From a bacterium BMS3Bbin05 (lineage in GTDB: Bacteria; Nitrospirota; Thermodesulfovibrionia; Thermodesulfovibrionales; BMS3Bbin05): a stretch of DNA of 64,000 nt. The translations under genes and the position numbers were made by a program. The DNA lies in contig BDTO01000021.1 in the NCBI GenBank assembly GCA_002897855.1, positions 10,472 to 74,471 of the forward strand, in the 5' to 3' direction. Below are positions 49,050 to 58,046 of this stretch, one piece after another. The notes under the pieces were generated by a model. The model saw only the letters and a program-made list of their open reading frames with translations. It was not told the DNA's origin and did not search any database. The number at the start of each line of letters is the position of its first letter. Positions within the stretch are counted from its first letter, which is position 1.

Positions 49050-49180
49050 GGGTAATATTATTGATTATTGCCTGTGGAAATGAAAAGTTTTGAGATAATA
49101 TCGCATACACATGTTAACATTAATGACAGCTCATTCCACGAAACATATATCTGCATTAATAAAGCCGTAGCGTTTCATTT

Positions 49181-51676
49181 ATGTTAAAATTTAATATGAG
49201 ATGGGTAACTGAGACGGCAAAAAATACAACACTGTTGTGGGATGTACTTGATGCCCTCAATCTTCCGGCATTTTCCATAAACAAAGAGTTGAAAATAACC
49301 GACGCCAATGAAGTTGTTAATCAGCGGCTCCTCTTTCATAAGGATGATGTCCCCGGCACCGGTATCTTCGAGATAGTCGAGGTTGCCCGTCCCGAAAAAG
49401 ATAGCCTCGCCAATGAAGAGACAACAGTATACGAAGGCAGGTGTCTCCAGAAAAACAGGGAATCATTTCCCGCCAGATTCACTTTCGTCAAACAGCCCGA
49501 TGGTTTTATCGTAGTAATTGAGGACCTGAGCAGTATAACTAAAATATCGAGAAGGGCTGCCCAGAGAAGCAGGGAAATCAACACTTATAATGCCCTCTCA
49601 AAGACCCTTAGCAGTACTCCTAACCTGAATGAACTTGCCAGAGGAGTACTTGAAACCCTGGTCACGGTTATGAGAATTGATGCGGCATGGCTCTACCTGA
49701 TGGATAACTTGTCAGGCGAGTTGAATCTGTGGAATTTCCAGGGGGTTGATGAGAAAATATTCGAAGCTGCCAGGCATCTCAAGCCGTATGAATGTTTCAT
49801 CGGAAGGGTAATGTCGTCCGGAAAGGCACTTCTTGTGAAAAATGCCTCTGAAGATCCGAGAATAACTCATTTAAAAATTGCCGAATCCGGCTTCACGAGT
49901 ATAGCCGGGGTTCCTTTGTCTGTAAAAAATATTGATAATCCGGGGGGCAGGGCCATAGGAGTACTTGGTGTTGCCAGCAGAGACAAGGACTACTTTAATT
50001 CTCTCGATATGCAGTTTCTCTCGAGTGTAGGAAACCAGTTAGGCGTAGCCATAGACAATACCCGGCTTATCGAAGACCTGAGAGACAAGATGAGACAGAT
50101 CGAACTTATAAATGAGATAAGCGGGTTAGTCAATTCAAGCCTGAGCATCGGCCACATATTCAGGCTTGTTGTGTCCGAGATTAAAAAAATAATAAGTTTT
50201 GACCGGGCAAGTATCAACCTGCTTGAAGAAGACAAAGACATCCTTAAGATATTCGCTCTGGATACGGAGCGCCCGACCAGGCTCAAAAAGGGCATAATGG
50301 CCCCCCTGAAAGGGACAAGCTCCGGGTGGGTCACACAAAACCAGGAGCCCTGGATAAACAGGGACCTCCGGAAGGAGATGCCGTTCATACACGATGCCGT
50401 TCTCCTTGAAGAAGGCATCCGATCAACCATAAGCATACCTCTGTTTAAAGACAGGCCTCTTGGTGCCCTGAATCTTGACAGTATCGATCCCGGACATTAT
50501 TCTGAAAAGGACCTCGAAATTCTTCTCCCGGTTGCAAAGAATCTTTCCATAGCACTTGAAAATGCACTTCTTTTTGAAGAGATTTCAAAAGAGAAACGCG
50601 CATGGGAAAAAACATTTGATGCAATAACAGATATGGTATGGATTGAAAATCAGCATGGTAAGGTCCTGAGAGTCAACAGAACCGTGCTTGAACATTCCGG
50701 CAGACCGGAACTTTCACTCATACACAAGAGTTCCGGGGAAATCTTTAGTGTGCTCAAGATAATCAATGGCGCCAAAATGGAAAACCGGCAGGTTCATGAG
50801 AAGAAAAGGTTATATAAAGAGTTAAGGGGCCGTGACGGAAACACCTACCACTTCTGGGCTTATCCTCTGGTAGACAGCGACGGGAATGTGTACGGTGCAG
50901 TCAACTACCTCAGAAATGTTACAGAGCAAAAGAGACTGGAGCATCAACTCCTGAGAACGGACAAGCTCGCCGCTCTTGGTACACTCGTTGCAGGCATAGC
51001 ACATGAAATAAACAATCCCCTGGGAATAATTGCCGGATATTCAGAAGCCCTCCTCGACAGGGCAAACGATCCGGAACTCATGAAGCTGGGTGCCTTTGAA
51101 GATTTCCAGGAATATCTGGAAACTATCAACAAAGAAATTTTCAGATGCAAGGATATACTCAAAAGCCTGCTTGAATTTGCAAGGCCGTCATCAGGAACAT
51201 ACAGGGAGATAGATATCAACGCGCTGATCAAGGAGGTAATTCTACTCGTAAAGCACAAAGCCAGCAAACAAAAACATACCCTTGAACTCCGTCTTTCAGA
51301 ATGGTTGCCTGAAACAAGCGCAGAGCCCGGTGCCCTGAGGCAACTGTTCATAAATATTATCGTGAATTCAATGTCTTTCATGGGCGATGAGGGTAAAATA
51401 ATCATTACCACAAAACATGAAAAGGGCGGCCCCGGCAAGGGCGTTATCCGCATAAGTATTGCCGATAACGGTAAATGGATAGAAAGCGGGACAACTGACA
51501 AGATATTTGATCCGTTTTTCACTACAAAACCGGTAGGCAAGGGGACAGGACTGGGCCTGTCAATCAGTCACAGGATAGTTTCCGAACATGAAGGCACAAT
51601 TGAGGCAGAAAACAATGATCAGGGCGGCACAACATTCCATATAAAAATACCTGTCAGGGAAAAGAAGATACAATGA
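49181..51676 (+). CDS. Soluble multi-sensor histidine kinase (PAS, GAF, GAF, PAS, HisKA, HATPase_c)
   Basis: 831 aa with the H-box LVAGIAHEINNPL and with N, G1 and G2 boxes (ADNGKWI...GTGLGLSIS). I saw no TM segments. Confidence 0.9.
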   Translation: MLKFNMRWVTETAKNTTLLWDVLDALNLPAFSINKELKITDANEVVNQRLLFHKDDVPGTGIFEIVEVARPEKDSLANEETTVYEGRCLQKNRESFPARFTFVKQPDGFIVVIEDLSSITKISRRAAQRSREINTYNALSKTLSSTPNLNELARGVLETLVTVMRIDAAWLYLMDNLSGELNLWNFQGVDEKIFEAARHLKPYECFIGRVMSSGKALLVKNASEDPRITHLKIAESGFTSIAGVPLSVKNIDNPGGRAIGVLGVASRDKDYFNSLDMQFLSSVGNQLGVAIDNTRLIEDLRDKMRQIELINEISGLVNSSLSIGHIFRLVVSEIKKIISFDRASINLLEEDKDILKIFALDTERPTRLKKGIMAPLKGTSSGWVTQNQEPWINRDLRKEMPFIHDAVLLEEGIRSTISIPLFKDRPLGALNLDSIDPGHYSEKDLEILLPVAKNLSIALENALLFEEISKEKRAWEKTFDAITDMVWIENQHGKVLRVNRTVLEHSGRPELSLIHKSSGEIFSVLKIINGAKMENRQVHEKKRLYKELRGRDGNTYHFWAYPLVDSDGNVYGAVNYLRNVTEQKRLEHQLLRTDKLAALGTLVAGIAHEINNPLGIIAGYSEALLDRANDPELMKLGAFEDFQEYLETINKEIFRCKDILKSLLEFARPSSGTYREIDINALIKEVILLVKHKASKQKHTLELRLSEWLPETSAEPGALRQLFINIIVNSMSFMGDEGKIIITTKHEKGGPGKGVIRISIADNGKWIESGTTDKIFDPFFTTKPVGKGTGLGLSISHRIVSEHEGTIEAENNDQGGTTFHIKIPVREKKIQ

Positions 51677-53007
51677 GCGCCCGCATTCTGATAGTGGACG
51701 ATGAAGAGCCCTTCAGGCGTCTCCTGAAAAAAGAATTGAACAGAAAAGGTTTCATAACCGATACTGCTGAAAACGGCAGGACGGCGCTGGATAAATTAAG
51801 GGAATCATCATTCGATGTCATCCTCCTCGATATTGTAATGCCTGGTATGGATGGTATCTCAATGATGAAAAAAATCAGGACCGACCCTGCATCACCGGCC
51901 GTAGTTGTACTGACGGGAAAGGCAACAATAGACACAGCGGTTGAAGCCATGAAAAATGGAGCCTACGACTACCTTACCAAACCTTACAAGCTGGAAGAAT
52001 TGATCATCGTCGTAAACAGGGCATTCGAACAGAGAAAGCTGCGGATTGAAAACCAGTTGTTTCAGGAAGAAATAGCCAGAAAAGAAAAGGACTCCGAATT
52101 TGTAGGCGAAAGCCGGCAGCATTATAGACTCATAAAGTTCATTGAAAAAATAGCACCAACCGATTCAACTGTTCTCATACGGGGCGAAAGTGGTACGGGT
52201 AAAGAGCTGGCCGCAAATTATATATGGAAAAAGAGCAAAAGAAAAGCTCACCCCATCATTGCATTGAACTGTTCGACTTTTTCCGAAAATCTGATGGAGA
52301 ATGAGCTGTTTGGACATGAAAGGGGTGCATTTACAAACGCCTATAAAGTAAAGCGGGGACTTGTCGAAACCGCGAATGAAGGCACCCTCTTCCTTGACGA
52401 GATCGGAGAAATGCCGGCGGGATTGCAGGTAAAACTGCTGAGATTCCTCGACTCGGGTGAATTCAGGAGAGTTGGAGGAAACAAAAATCTCAGGGCCGAT
52501 GTCCGTATAATAGCAGCAACAAACAAAAATCTGGATGATGCCATAAAGAGCGGAGAGTTCAGGGAGGACCTGTATTACAGGCTGAATGTCCTGAATATCA
52601 CTGTCCCTCCGCTCAGGGAAAGAAAGGAAGACATCTTGCCCCTTGCAAATTATTTTCTAAGGGAATACCGGCAAAAGATAGCAAAAGAGATCAAGGGTAT
52701 TGATAACGGTGCAAAAAAAATATTACATGATTATGACTGGCCGGGGAATGTAAGGGAACTCGAAAATGTAATTGAACGGGCAGTAATATTATGCAGTTCA
52801 AACACTATAACTTCCGATGATTTTTTAATACGTTCAACAGCTGCCGCAAGCAGGGAAGAATTCCCCCGGTTGAAGGACATAGAAAAAGAATACATAATAA
52901 AAGTCCTCGATAAGACAAAGGGGAATAGATCTCAGGCGAGCAGGCTTTTGGGTGTTGATCGCAAAACCCTGTATCTGAAGCTCAAGAAATATGGCCTGGA
53001 GACCTGA
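51673..53007 (+). CDS. NtrC-family sigma-54-dependent response regulator (REC, AAA+, HTH)
   Basis: 444 aa with a receiver domain (VILLDIVMPGMDG), GESGTGKE, GAFTNA, and a Fis-type HTH. It overlaps the kinase stop by 4 nt. Confidence 0.93.
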   Translation: MSARILIVDDEEPFRRLLKKELNRKGFITDTAENGRTALDKLRESSFDVILLDIVMPGMDGISMMKKIRTDPASPAVVVLTGKATIDTAVEAMKNGAYDYLTKPYKLEELIIVVNRAFEQRKLRIENQLFQEEIARKEKDSEFVGESRQHYRLIKFIEKIAPTDSTVLIRGESGTGKELAANYIWKKSKRKAHPIIALNCSTFSENLMENELFGHERGAFTNAYKVKRGLVETANEGTLFLDEIGEMPAGLQVKLLRFLDSGEFRRVGGNKNLRADVRIIAATNKNLDDAIKSGEFREDLYYRLNVLNITVPPLRERKEDILPLANYFLREYRQKIAKEIKGIDNGAKKILHDYDWPGNVRELENVIERAVILCSSNTITSDDFLIRSTAAASREEFPRLKDIEKEYIIKVLDKTKGNRSQASRLLGVDRKTLYLKLKKYGLET

Positions 53008-53014
53008 CCGGTAA

Positions 53015-54349
53015 TCACTCCCCCCAGTCAAGACCCCACTTAATTATCTTATTCAGTCTTTCAGCTGCTTCAATGTCGAGTACCCTGAGCCGGTCGTAGA
53101 TTTCATTTGCAAGATCCTTTTTATCCATGCTGACATAGGCGATTCCAAGCCCCTCCAATGCCGCTACATTGTCAGGATCTATTTCGAGGGCCTTCGTGAA
53201 CGCATCAACCGATTTTCTTATCTTCTCCATATGAATATCGAGGAGACTATACCCCAGCCCGGCGTGATAATCCGGCACATCAGGTGCGATTCTGATTGCC
53301 TTTTTGTACTCCTCATAGGCCTTATCAGGAAATTCAAGATTCAAAAGTGTCGCACCGTACCACGCATGGAGATCAGGGTTGCCGGGATACCTTGCAAGCC
53401 CTTTCCTCAAGGCCCCGGCCGCCTTTCCGTATTCATCATTATCATAATAGGAAGACACTTCGTCCAGAAGTGTTTCCACCTTTTTATTGTTAATACCGGT
53501 GTCCTTCAGGGGTAGCTTATCCTTTCCGTGGACACGTCCCTGAGAAGCCGGGTTCCCTTCCGCCACCCTACTCTGAGAAACGGAAGACTTCGCATAAATA
53601 CTGACTGTATGTTCATCCTTCATACAGGCCTTCAGTATAACCGACTCCAAGACCGGCTTTCCGATGTGCCCTCTGAACTCCTTTGCCGACGTATAACTTT
53701 CAAACTTCCCAAGCCTGACACTGTAATACCTGTCAACCCTTTCAATCCTGAGATCTCTTATATCCTTCTCCTTTAAATTCCGGGCTGTTGAATCAACTTC
53801 CTGCTGCGCCTGTACAAACCTTAGAAAGGTACCAAGCTGCAAGGTATAGTATTCTTCAGGCACCTTTTCATTTTTCTTATATAGTCTGGCTGTCGCGAAA
53901 CCTTCGGTATCATGCGACTTCAGCACAAACGCATCCGGGACCATAGTCTTTATCCTGCCGAGTAATGCACCGGTATCATGTATTTTTTTAAACCTGCCTA
54001 CACGCACAACGTAAAATATTCTACCTTTCAAGATCCTGAGATTATCAAGTTCATTTCCGCTCAATTCAGTCAAAAGCCGGTCATACTGTTTTTCCGCATA
54101 TTTAAGGGCAGATTCCGCATACGTACCTGTCTGAATTGTATAAAATCGATCCGACGCATACAGAGGCTGAGAAGATAGAAGGATCAGTACAAGGACAAGG
54201 ACCATTCTGAATAGTCCCGCCGCCCTGTTATTAATAATAAAATAAGGAATAGCATCAAGCGGGTTCCGGAAAGACTCCGATTTATTCATTATTACCTCCT
54301 TTTCAGTATAACAATTTGAAGACTCTATGATAAATAAATTATTCTTCAT
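53015..54349 (-). CDS. Membrane-anchored SPOR-repeat / TPR-repeat protein
   Basis: 444 aa with an N-terminal TM helix, two SPOR-like units (FYTIQTGTYAE... and YYTLQLGTF...YYSVRLGKFESY) and C-terminal TPR repeats. Confidence 0.7.
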   Translation of the reverse strand: MKNNLFIIESSNCYTEKEVIMNKSESFRNPLDAIPYFIINNRAAGLFRMVLVLVLILLSSQPLYASDRFYTIQTGTYAESALKYAEKQYDRLLTELSGNELDNLRILKGRIFYVVRVGRFKKIHDTGALLGRIKTMVPDAFVLKSHDTEGFATARLYKKNEKVPEEYYTLQLGTFLRFVQAQQEVDSTARNLKEKDIRDLRIERVDRYYSVRLGKFESYTSAKEFRGHIGKPVLESVILKACMKDEHTVSIYAKSSVSQSRVAEGNPASQGRVHGKDKLPLKDTGINNKKVETLLDEVSSYYDNDEYGKAAGALRKGLARYPGNPDLHAWYGATLLNLEFPDKAYEEYKKAIRIAPDVPDYHAGLGYSLLDIHMEKIRKSVDAFTKALEIDPDNVAALEGLGIAYVSMDKKDLANEIYDRLRVLDIEAAERLNKIIKWGLDWGE

Positions 54350-54441
54350 TATGGACGCCCTTGATTCTCTTCATGGCCTCTTCTATAATCAAAACAGAAC
54401 CACTTGCAATCCAATCCATTTTTTGGGAGGAGGGATGAATT

Positions 54442-55044
54442 ATGTCAAATGAAGTAGATACAGATCATCCGGTCCTTGAGATCATAGCAAGCCGGTGGAG
54501 CCCGTACAGCTTTGACGGCCGGCCGGTCCCTGATGAGGACATGCTTTCGATTTTCGAGGCGGCCCGTTGGGCCCCGTCATCCTATAACGAGCAACCCTGG
54601 CATTACATTATTGCCGGGAAAGAAAACAAAGAGGAATTTGAAACAATGCTCTTGTGCCTTGTCGAGGCAAACCAGCTATGGGCAAAGAACGCACCCGTCC
54701 TTGCCCTCGGCATCACACGGCTTAGTTTCATTCGGAACGATAAACCAAACAGGGCGGCAATCCACGACCTCGGCCTTGCATCGATGAATCTGGTGCTGGA
54801 AGCAACGGCACGGGGAATTGCCGTCCACCAGATGATCGGCATCGAGCCCGGCAGAATTCGCAATGTCTACAACGTGCCCGAAGGGTTTGAACCGGTGACC
54901 GGCCTGGCCATCGGCTACGCCGCAAGCCCTGACCGGATGCCGGAAGCATTACGGGAGCGCGACCTCACCCGCCGCACGAGAAGGCCATTAAAGGAATTCA
55001 TCTTTAGCGGCAAATGGGGACAGGTCTCCGGGCTGGTGAAGTAA
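54442..55044 (+). CDS. Nitroreductase family protein
   Basis: 200 aa with a RWSPYSF...AARWAPSSYNEQPW signature. Confidence 0.85.
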   Translation: MSNEVDTDHPVLEIIASRWSPYSFDGRPVPDEDMLSIFEAARWAPSSYNEQPWHYIIAGKENKEEFETMLLCLVEANQLWAKNAPVLALGITRLSFIRNDKPNRAAIHDLGLASMNLVLEATARGIAVHQMIGIEPGRIRNVYNVPEGFEPVTGLAIGYAASPDRMPEALRERDLTRRTRRPLKEFIFSGKWGQVSGLVK

Positions 55045-55223
55045 AATGTGATTATTAATAAACACTTCATAAGGCATAAATCATTCGAACGCCGCCGGCA
55101 CCTGCAATTCTTCAGTTTCGTACACGGGTACTCTATGGATTCCTGTTTTTACGGGAATGCTGGCTGGAAAGTGTTTCCTCTGAACCTTTATAATTACATC
55201 AATAAATGCCTCACCTGTAAAAA

Positions 55224-55775
55224 ATGAAATATCGTTTCAAAATAGGAATCAGCGCTTGCCTGCTTGGTAATAAGGTACGTTATGACGGGGCGCACGCATA
55301 TGATCGTTATCTTGAAGAAACCATCGGGAAGTTTGTGGAGTGGGTAGCCGTTTGCCCGGAAGTGGAATGCGGTCTGCAGGTACCCAGGGAGCCCATGCGG
55401 CTTGAGGGCAACCCCGCATCTCCAAGGCTTTTAACCAAAAAAACAGGTATAGACCATACGAATCGAATAAACGGATGGTGCAAAAAACGGCTGATCCGGC
55501 TTAAAAAAGAAGATATCAGCGGATTTATCTTTAAGAGCAGGTCCCCCAGTTGCGGCCTGCGCAGTGTAAAGGTGTATATGATGCCATCGACCAATAGCAT
55601 ACGAACGGGGAGGGGCATATTTGCAGAAGCATTTATCAGGCGCTTTCCCGGTATCCCTGTTGAAGATGAGGATCGTCTGATTGGCAATTACCGGCTTGAT
55701 AATTTCATGGAGAGAGTCTTCATGCCCGGGCGGTGGAAGAGTCCCGAAGATGGCAGCAAAACGGCATGGATATAA
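55224..55775 (+). CDS. DUF523 family protein
   Basis: 183 aa. IGISACLLGNKVRYDG...CPEVECGL is the DUF523 signature. Confidence 0.75.
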   Translation: MKYRFKIGISACLLGNKVRYDGAHAYDRYLEETIGKFVEWVAVCPEVECGLQVPREPMRLEGNPASPRLLTKKTGIDHTNRINGWCKKRLIRLKKEDISGFIFKSRSPSCGLRSVKVYMMPSTNSIRTGRGIFAEAFIRRFPGIPVEDEDRLIGNYRLDNFMERVFMPGRWKSPEDGSKTAWI

Positions 55776-55882
55776 ATGAAAACACAATCCTGATAGATGG
55801 TGCCCGCCCTGTAAAGACCAGCTCGTTCTCTTCCGGAAGATATAGAAAATGCCCTGAGACTCAAAAAATAATGTAGCAAATA

Positions 55883-56992
55883 TTATTTTGCGGCAGGCAA
55901 TTGTTCCGGCAGGCTCCAGCCTGACATAAATTCTTTAAGGGCTTTTATTAATACCGAATTTTCCCTGTGGTTTTTAACCGCTATCCTTATATAATCTCCG
56001 CCTAAACCCCTGAAATCGTCACAGCGCCGAACCAGTATATATTTCTTCATAAGGAAATCACAAAGCTCACCGGCAAAAGGTATTTTTATCAGATAGAAAT
56101 TCACGGCCGACGGGAAAAAATCGAGACCGAGTTTTTTAAACTCTCTTTCAAGAAAACGTTTTTCTTCCTTTAAAAGCACAAAGGTCTCTTTTTTATAGAC
56201 CTTGTCTTTCATTGCGATGACAGCCGCACGCTGGGCAAGTAAGTTAACGGGATAAAGCTGCCCCGGAACCCCAATACTTTTGACAAGCTCCCGGTCCATT
56301 ACACTATACGCCAATCCCAGTCCTGAAAGTGCATGAAACAGCGATATGGACCTTAATACTATCAGGTAAGGGTTATCCCTTACTGCATTGATAACAGTTT
56401 CGTCCGGGATAAAATCAATAAAAGTTTCATCGACCAGCAGATAACATTTCCGGTCCCGTGCAGCCGAGGCAATCCCGGCAATCTCTCCCTTTGCAACTAC
56501 ACTCCCTGTGGGGTTGTTCGGATTCGGCAGAACGGCAAGATCACATCCATCAATGCCCGTTACGAATTCCCCCGGCTTAATGCAAAAATTGTCATCTTCT
56601 TTCAATTCAAGATATTTCACCATATCAGGCACATCTTTTCCGCTATCATCAGTCCCTGGTGACATTCTTAAGTAGTCAGGGGTTGAAGGGGCCGGGATCA
56701 GGACCCTTTGAGGTCTCAGGACGGCAAGAACCGAACTTATCAGACCTGAAACAGTATTTCCACAAATCATATTATCCATATCAACGTCAAGATGCCTTGA
56801 AAGATGTCTCCTCATCCTTGCGCATTCCGGATCCGGCCGGTTCTTAAGGGACTTGAGGTGTTTTCTCAACTCAGCCTTAACCTTTTTCGATACACCCAGA
56901 GGATTGACCGGATCTGAAAAATCCAGAATCCTTCTCTCAGGTACCTTAAGTATCTCCGAGGCCCTGTAAATATTCATCCTGCTGTTACCCAT
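55883..56992 (-). CDS. CobD/HisC-like class I/II aminotransferase-fold protein lacking the canonical PLP lysine
   Basis: 369 aa with NPNNPTG and LLVDETFIDF present. The segment DNPYLIVLRSISLFHALSGLGLAY aligns with the CobD segment [24 protein letters not shown] as I remember it. This places Leu at the Schiff-base Lys position and Gly at the Arg position. Confidence 0.75.
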   Translation of the reverse strand: MGNSRMNIYRASEILKVPERRILDFSDPVNPLGVSKKVKAELRKHLKSLKNRPDPECARMRRHLSRHLDVDMDNMICGNTVSGLISSVLAVLRPQRVLIPAPSTPDYLRMSPGTDDSGKDVPDMVKYLELKEDDNFCIKPGEFVTGIDGCDLAVLPNPNNPTGSVVAKGEIAGIASAARDRKCYLLVDETFIDFIPDETVINAVRDNPYLIVLRSISLFHALSGLGLAYSVMDRELVKSIGVPGQLYPVNLLAQRAAVIAMKDKVYKKETFVLLKEEKRFLEREFKKLGLDFFPSAVNFYLIKIPFAGELCDFLMKKYILVRRCDDFRGLGGDYIRIAVKNHRENSVLIKALKEFMSGWSLPEQLPAAK

Positions 56993-57323
56993 TTAGTCAT
57001 TCATTCCTTTCATCTCCCCATTATGGCGATCACACAGATTCGAAGTATCATGGTTCCCTTCCCTGTATTATCCCATAACATTACCCTTAACTACCAAGCA
57101 TATCTATGCAGAAATATACTAAGGTAGAGGACACCAGGTCCGGAGGCTTCGCACCAGTGCAGTGGAATATACTTTTCAGAGACGATCTTGAAGCTGATAG
57201 CCATTACCGTTGCTTTTGAATTCAACTTATGATATAAAACAAATCATTGCTAAAAGTTGCATTTTGCTATTAAATGATATAATATATAGTGAAAAGGAAA
57301 AACTCAGAAAAGGAGGTGGCAAA

Positions 57324-57542
57324 ATGCCTACTGCCGTTAGAGTGTCTGATTCTTTGGTTAACGAAGCACGAAAATACAGCAAGGTAGACCATAGGTCGCT
57401 AACCGGCCAGATAGAGCACTGGGCCATGATTGGTAAGTGTGCGGAGGAAAACCCTGACTTAACTTATCATCTAATAAAAGAAATGCTCATCGGGATAGAG
57501 GAGTTAGATCGAGGTGAGAAAACAGAATATCAATTTGGCTGA
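57324..57542 (+). CDS. parD: ParD-like antitoxin
   Basis: The ORF track begins at 57210. ATG 57324 follows AAGGAGGTGG. The product is MPTAVRVSDSLVNEARKYSKVDHRSLTGQIEHWAMIGK... (72 aa), which matches the ParD-like antitoxin pattern paired with ParE-like toxins. Confidence 0.7.
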   Translation: MPTAVRVSDSLVNEARKYSKVDHRSLTGQIEHWAMIGKCAEENPDLTYHLIKEMLIGIEELDRGEKTEYQFG

Positions 57543-57547
57543 AGGCA

Positions 57548-57805
57548 ATGAAAATTTATCAGTCAGGATTATTTGCGAGAAAGGTCAAGAAATTCAATAA
57601 GAACCAAAAAACAACCCTCGACAATGAGATAAAAAAAATAGCTCAAGATCCTACCGTTGGAACAGAAAAGAAGGGGGATCTGAGAGGCGTGTTTGTTCAC
57701 AAGTTTAAAATAAGAACGGCTCTGTATCTGTTGTCATATCGGGTGGTTAACGATGATTTGGAGTTGATTTCCATAGGCTCCCTGAAAATTATTACCGTAA
57801 CTTAA
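57548..57805 (+). CDS. parE: ParE-like/RelE-family toxin with an apparently frameshifted C-terminus
   Basis: 85 aa. MKIYQSGLFARKVKKFNKNQKTTLDNEIKKI...GDLRGVFVHKFK matches the ParE-like toxin pattern. The last 7 residues (LKIITVT) are off-pattern. The canonical ENYYRNLKT ending is encoded in the +1 frame (57783-57812). Confidence 0.7.
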   Translation: MKIYQSGLFARKVKKFNKNQKTTLDNEIKKIAQDPTVGTEKKGDLRGVFVHKFKIRTALYLLSYRVVNDDLELISIGSLKIITVT

Positions 57806-57877
57806 AAACTTAGACGGTTTTTTATTCACAAAATCAAAACCCAAATCCCCGCTTTCATCAAGGTAAAGATAAAGCAA

Positions 57878-58030
57878 TTACACAATCCTTGCCTTTCTAA
57901 GACTGTTTTTCACAAGCTCACGTATGGACCATTCCGTTCATCCTCTGTCAGGCCATGGATCTCCATGACAATGTCATCAAGAGCCTTGCGTTCGGATAAG
58001 GGATATAGGAAGGTCGGAATTGATGCATAC
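57878..58030 (-). pseudogene. Remnant A: decayed copy of a gene 3' end (possibly a DNA methyltransferase / type IIG C-terminus)
   Basis: The minus-strand translation is PLSERKALDDIVMEIHGLTEDERN, then a frameshift, then ELVKNSLRKARIV and a stop. It is homologous to remnant B at both nucleotide and protein level, with an 8-nt deletion. Confidence 0.5.
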
Positions 58031-58046
58031 TTTTGTATGAATAAAG

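Noticed and set aside
49050-49180. A sigma-54 promoter for the SsuA-like gene or the histidine kinase.
   Set aside because: No GG-N10-GC element with TGGCA/TTGC context is present on either strand.
55700-55882. A possible truncated DUF1722 domain after DUF523. The tail NFMERVFMPGRWKS resembles the start of DUF1722 in long YbgA-like proteins.
   Set aside because: Stand-alone DUF523 proteins exist. I could not find convincing DUF1722-like translation in any frame downstream.
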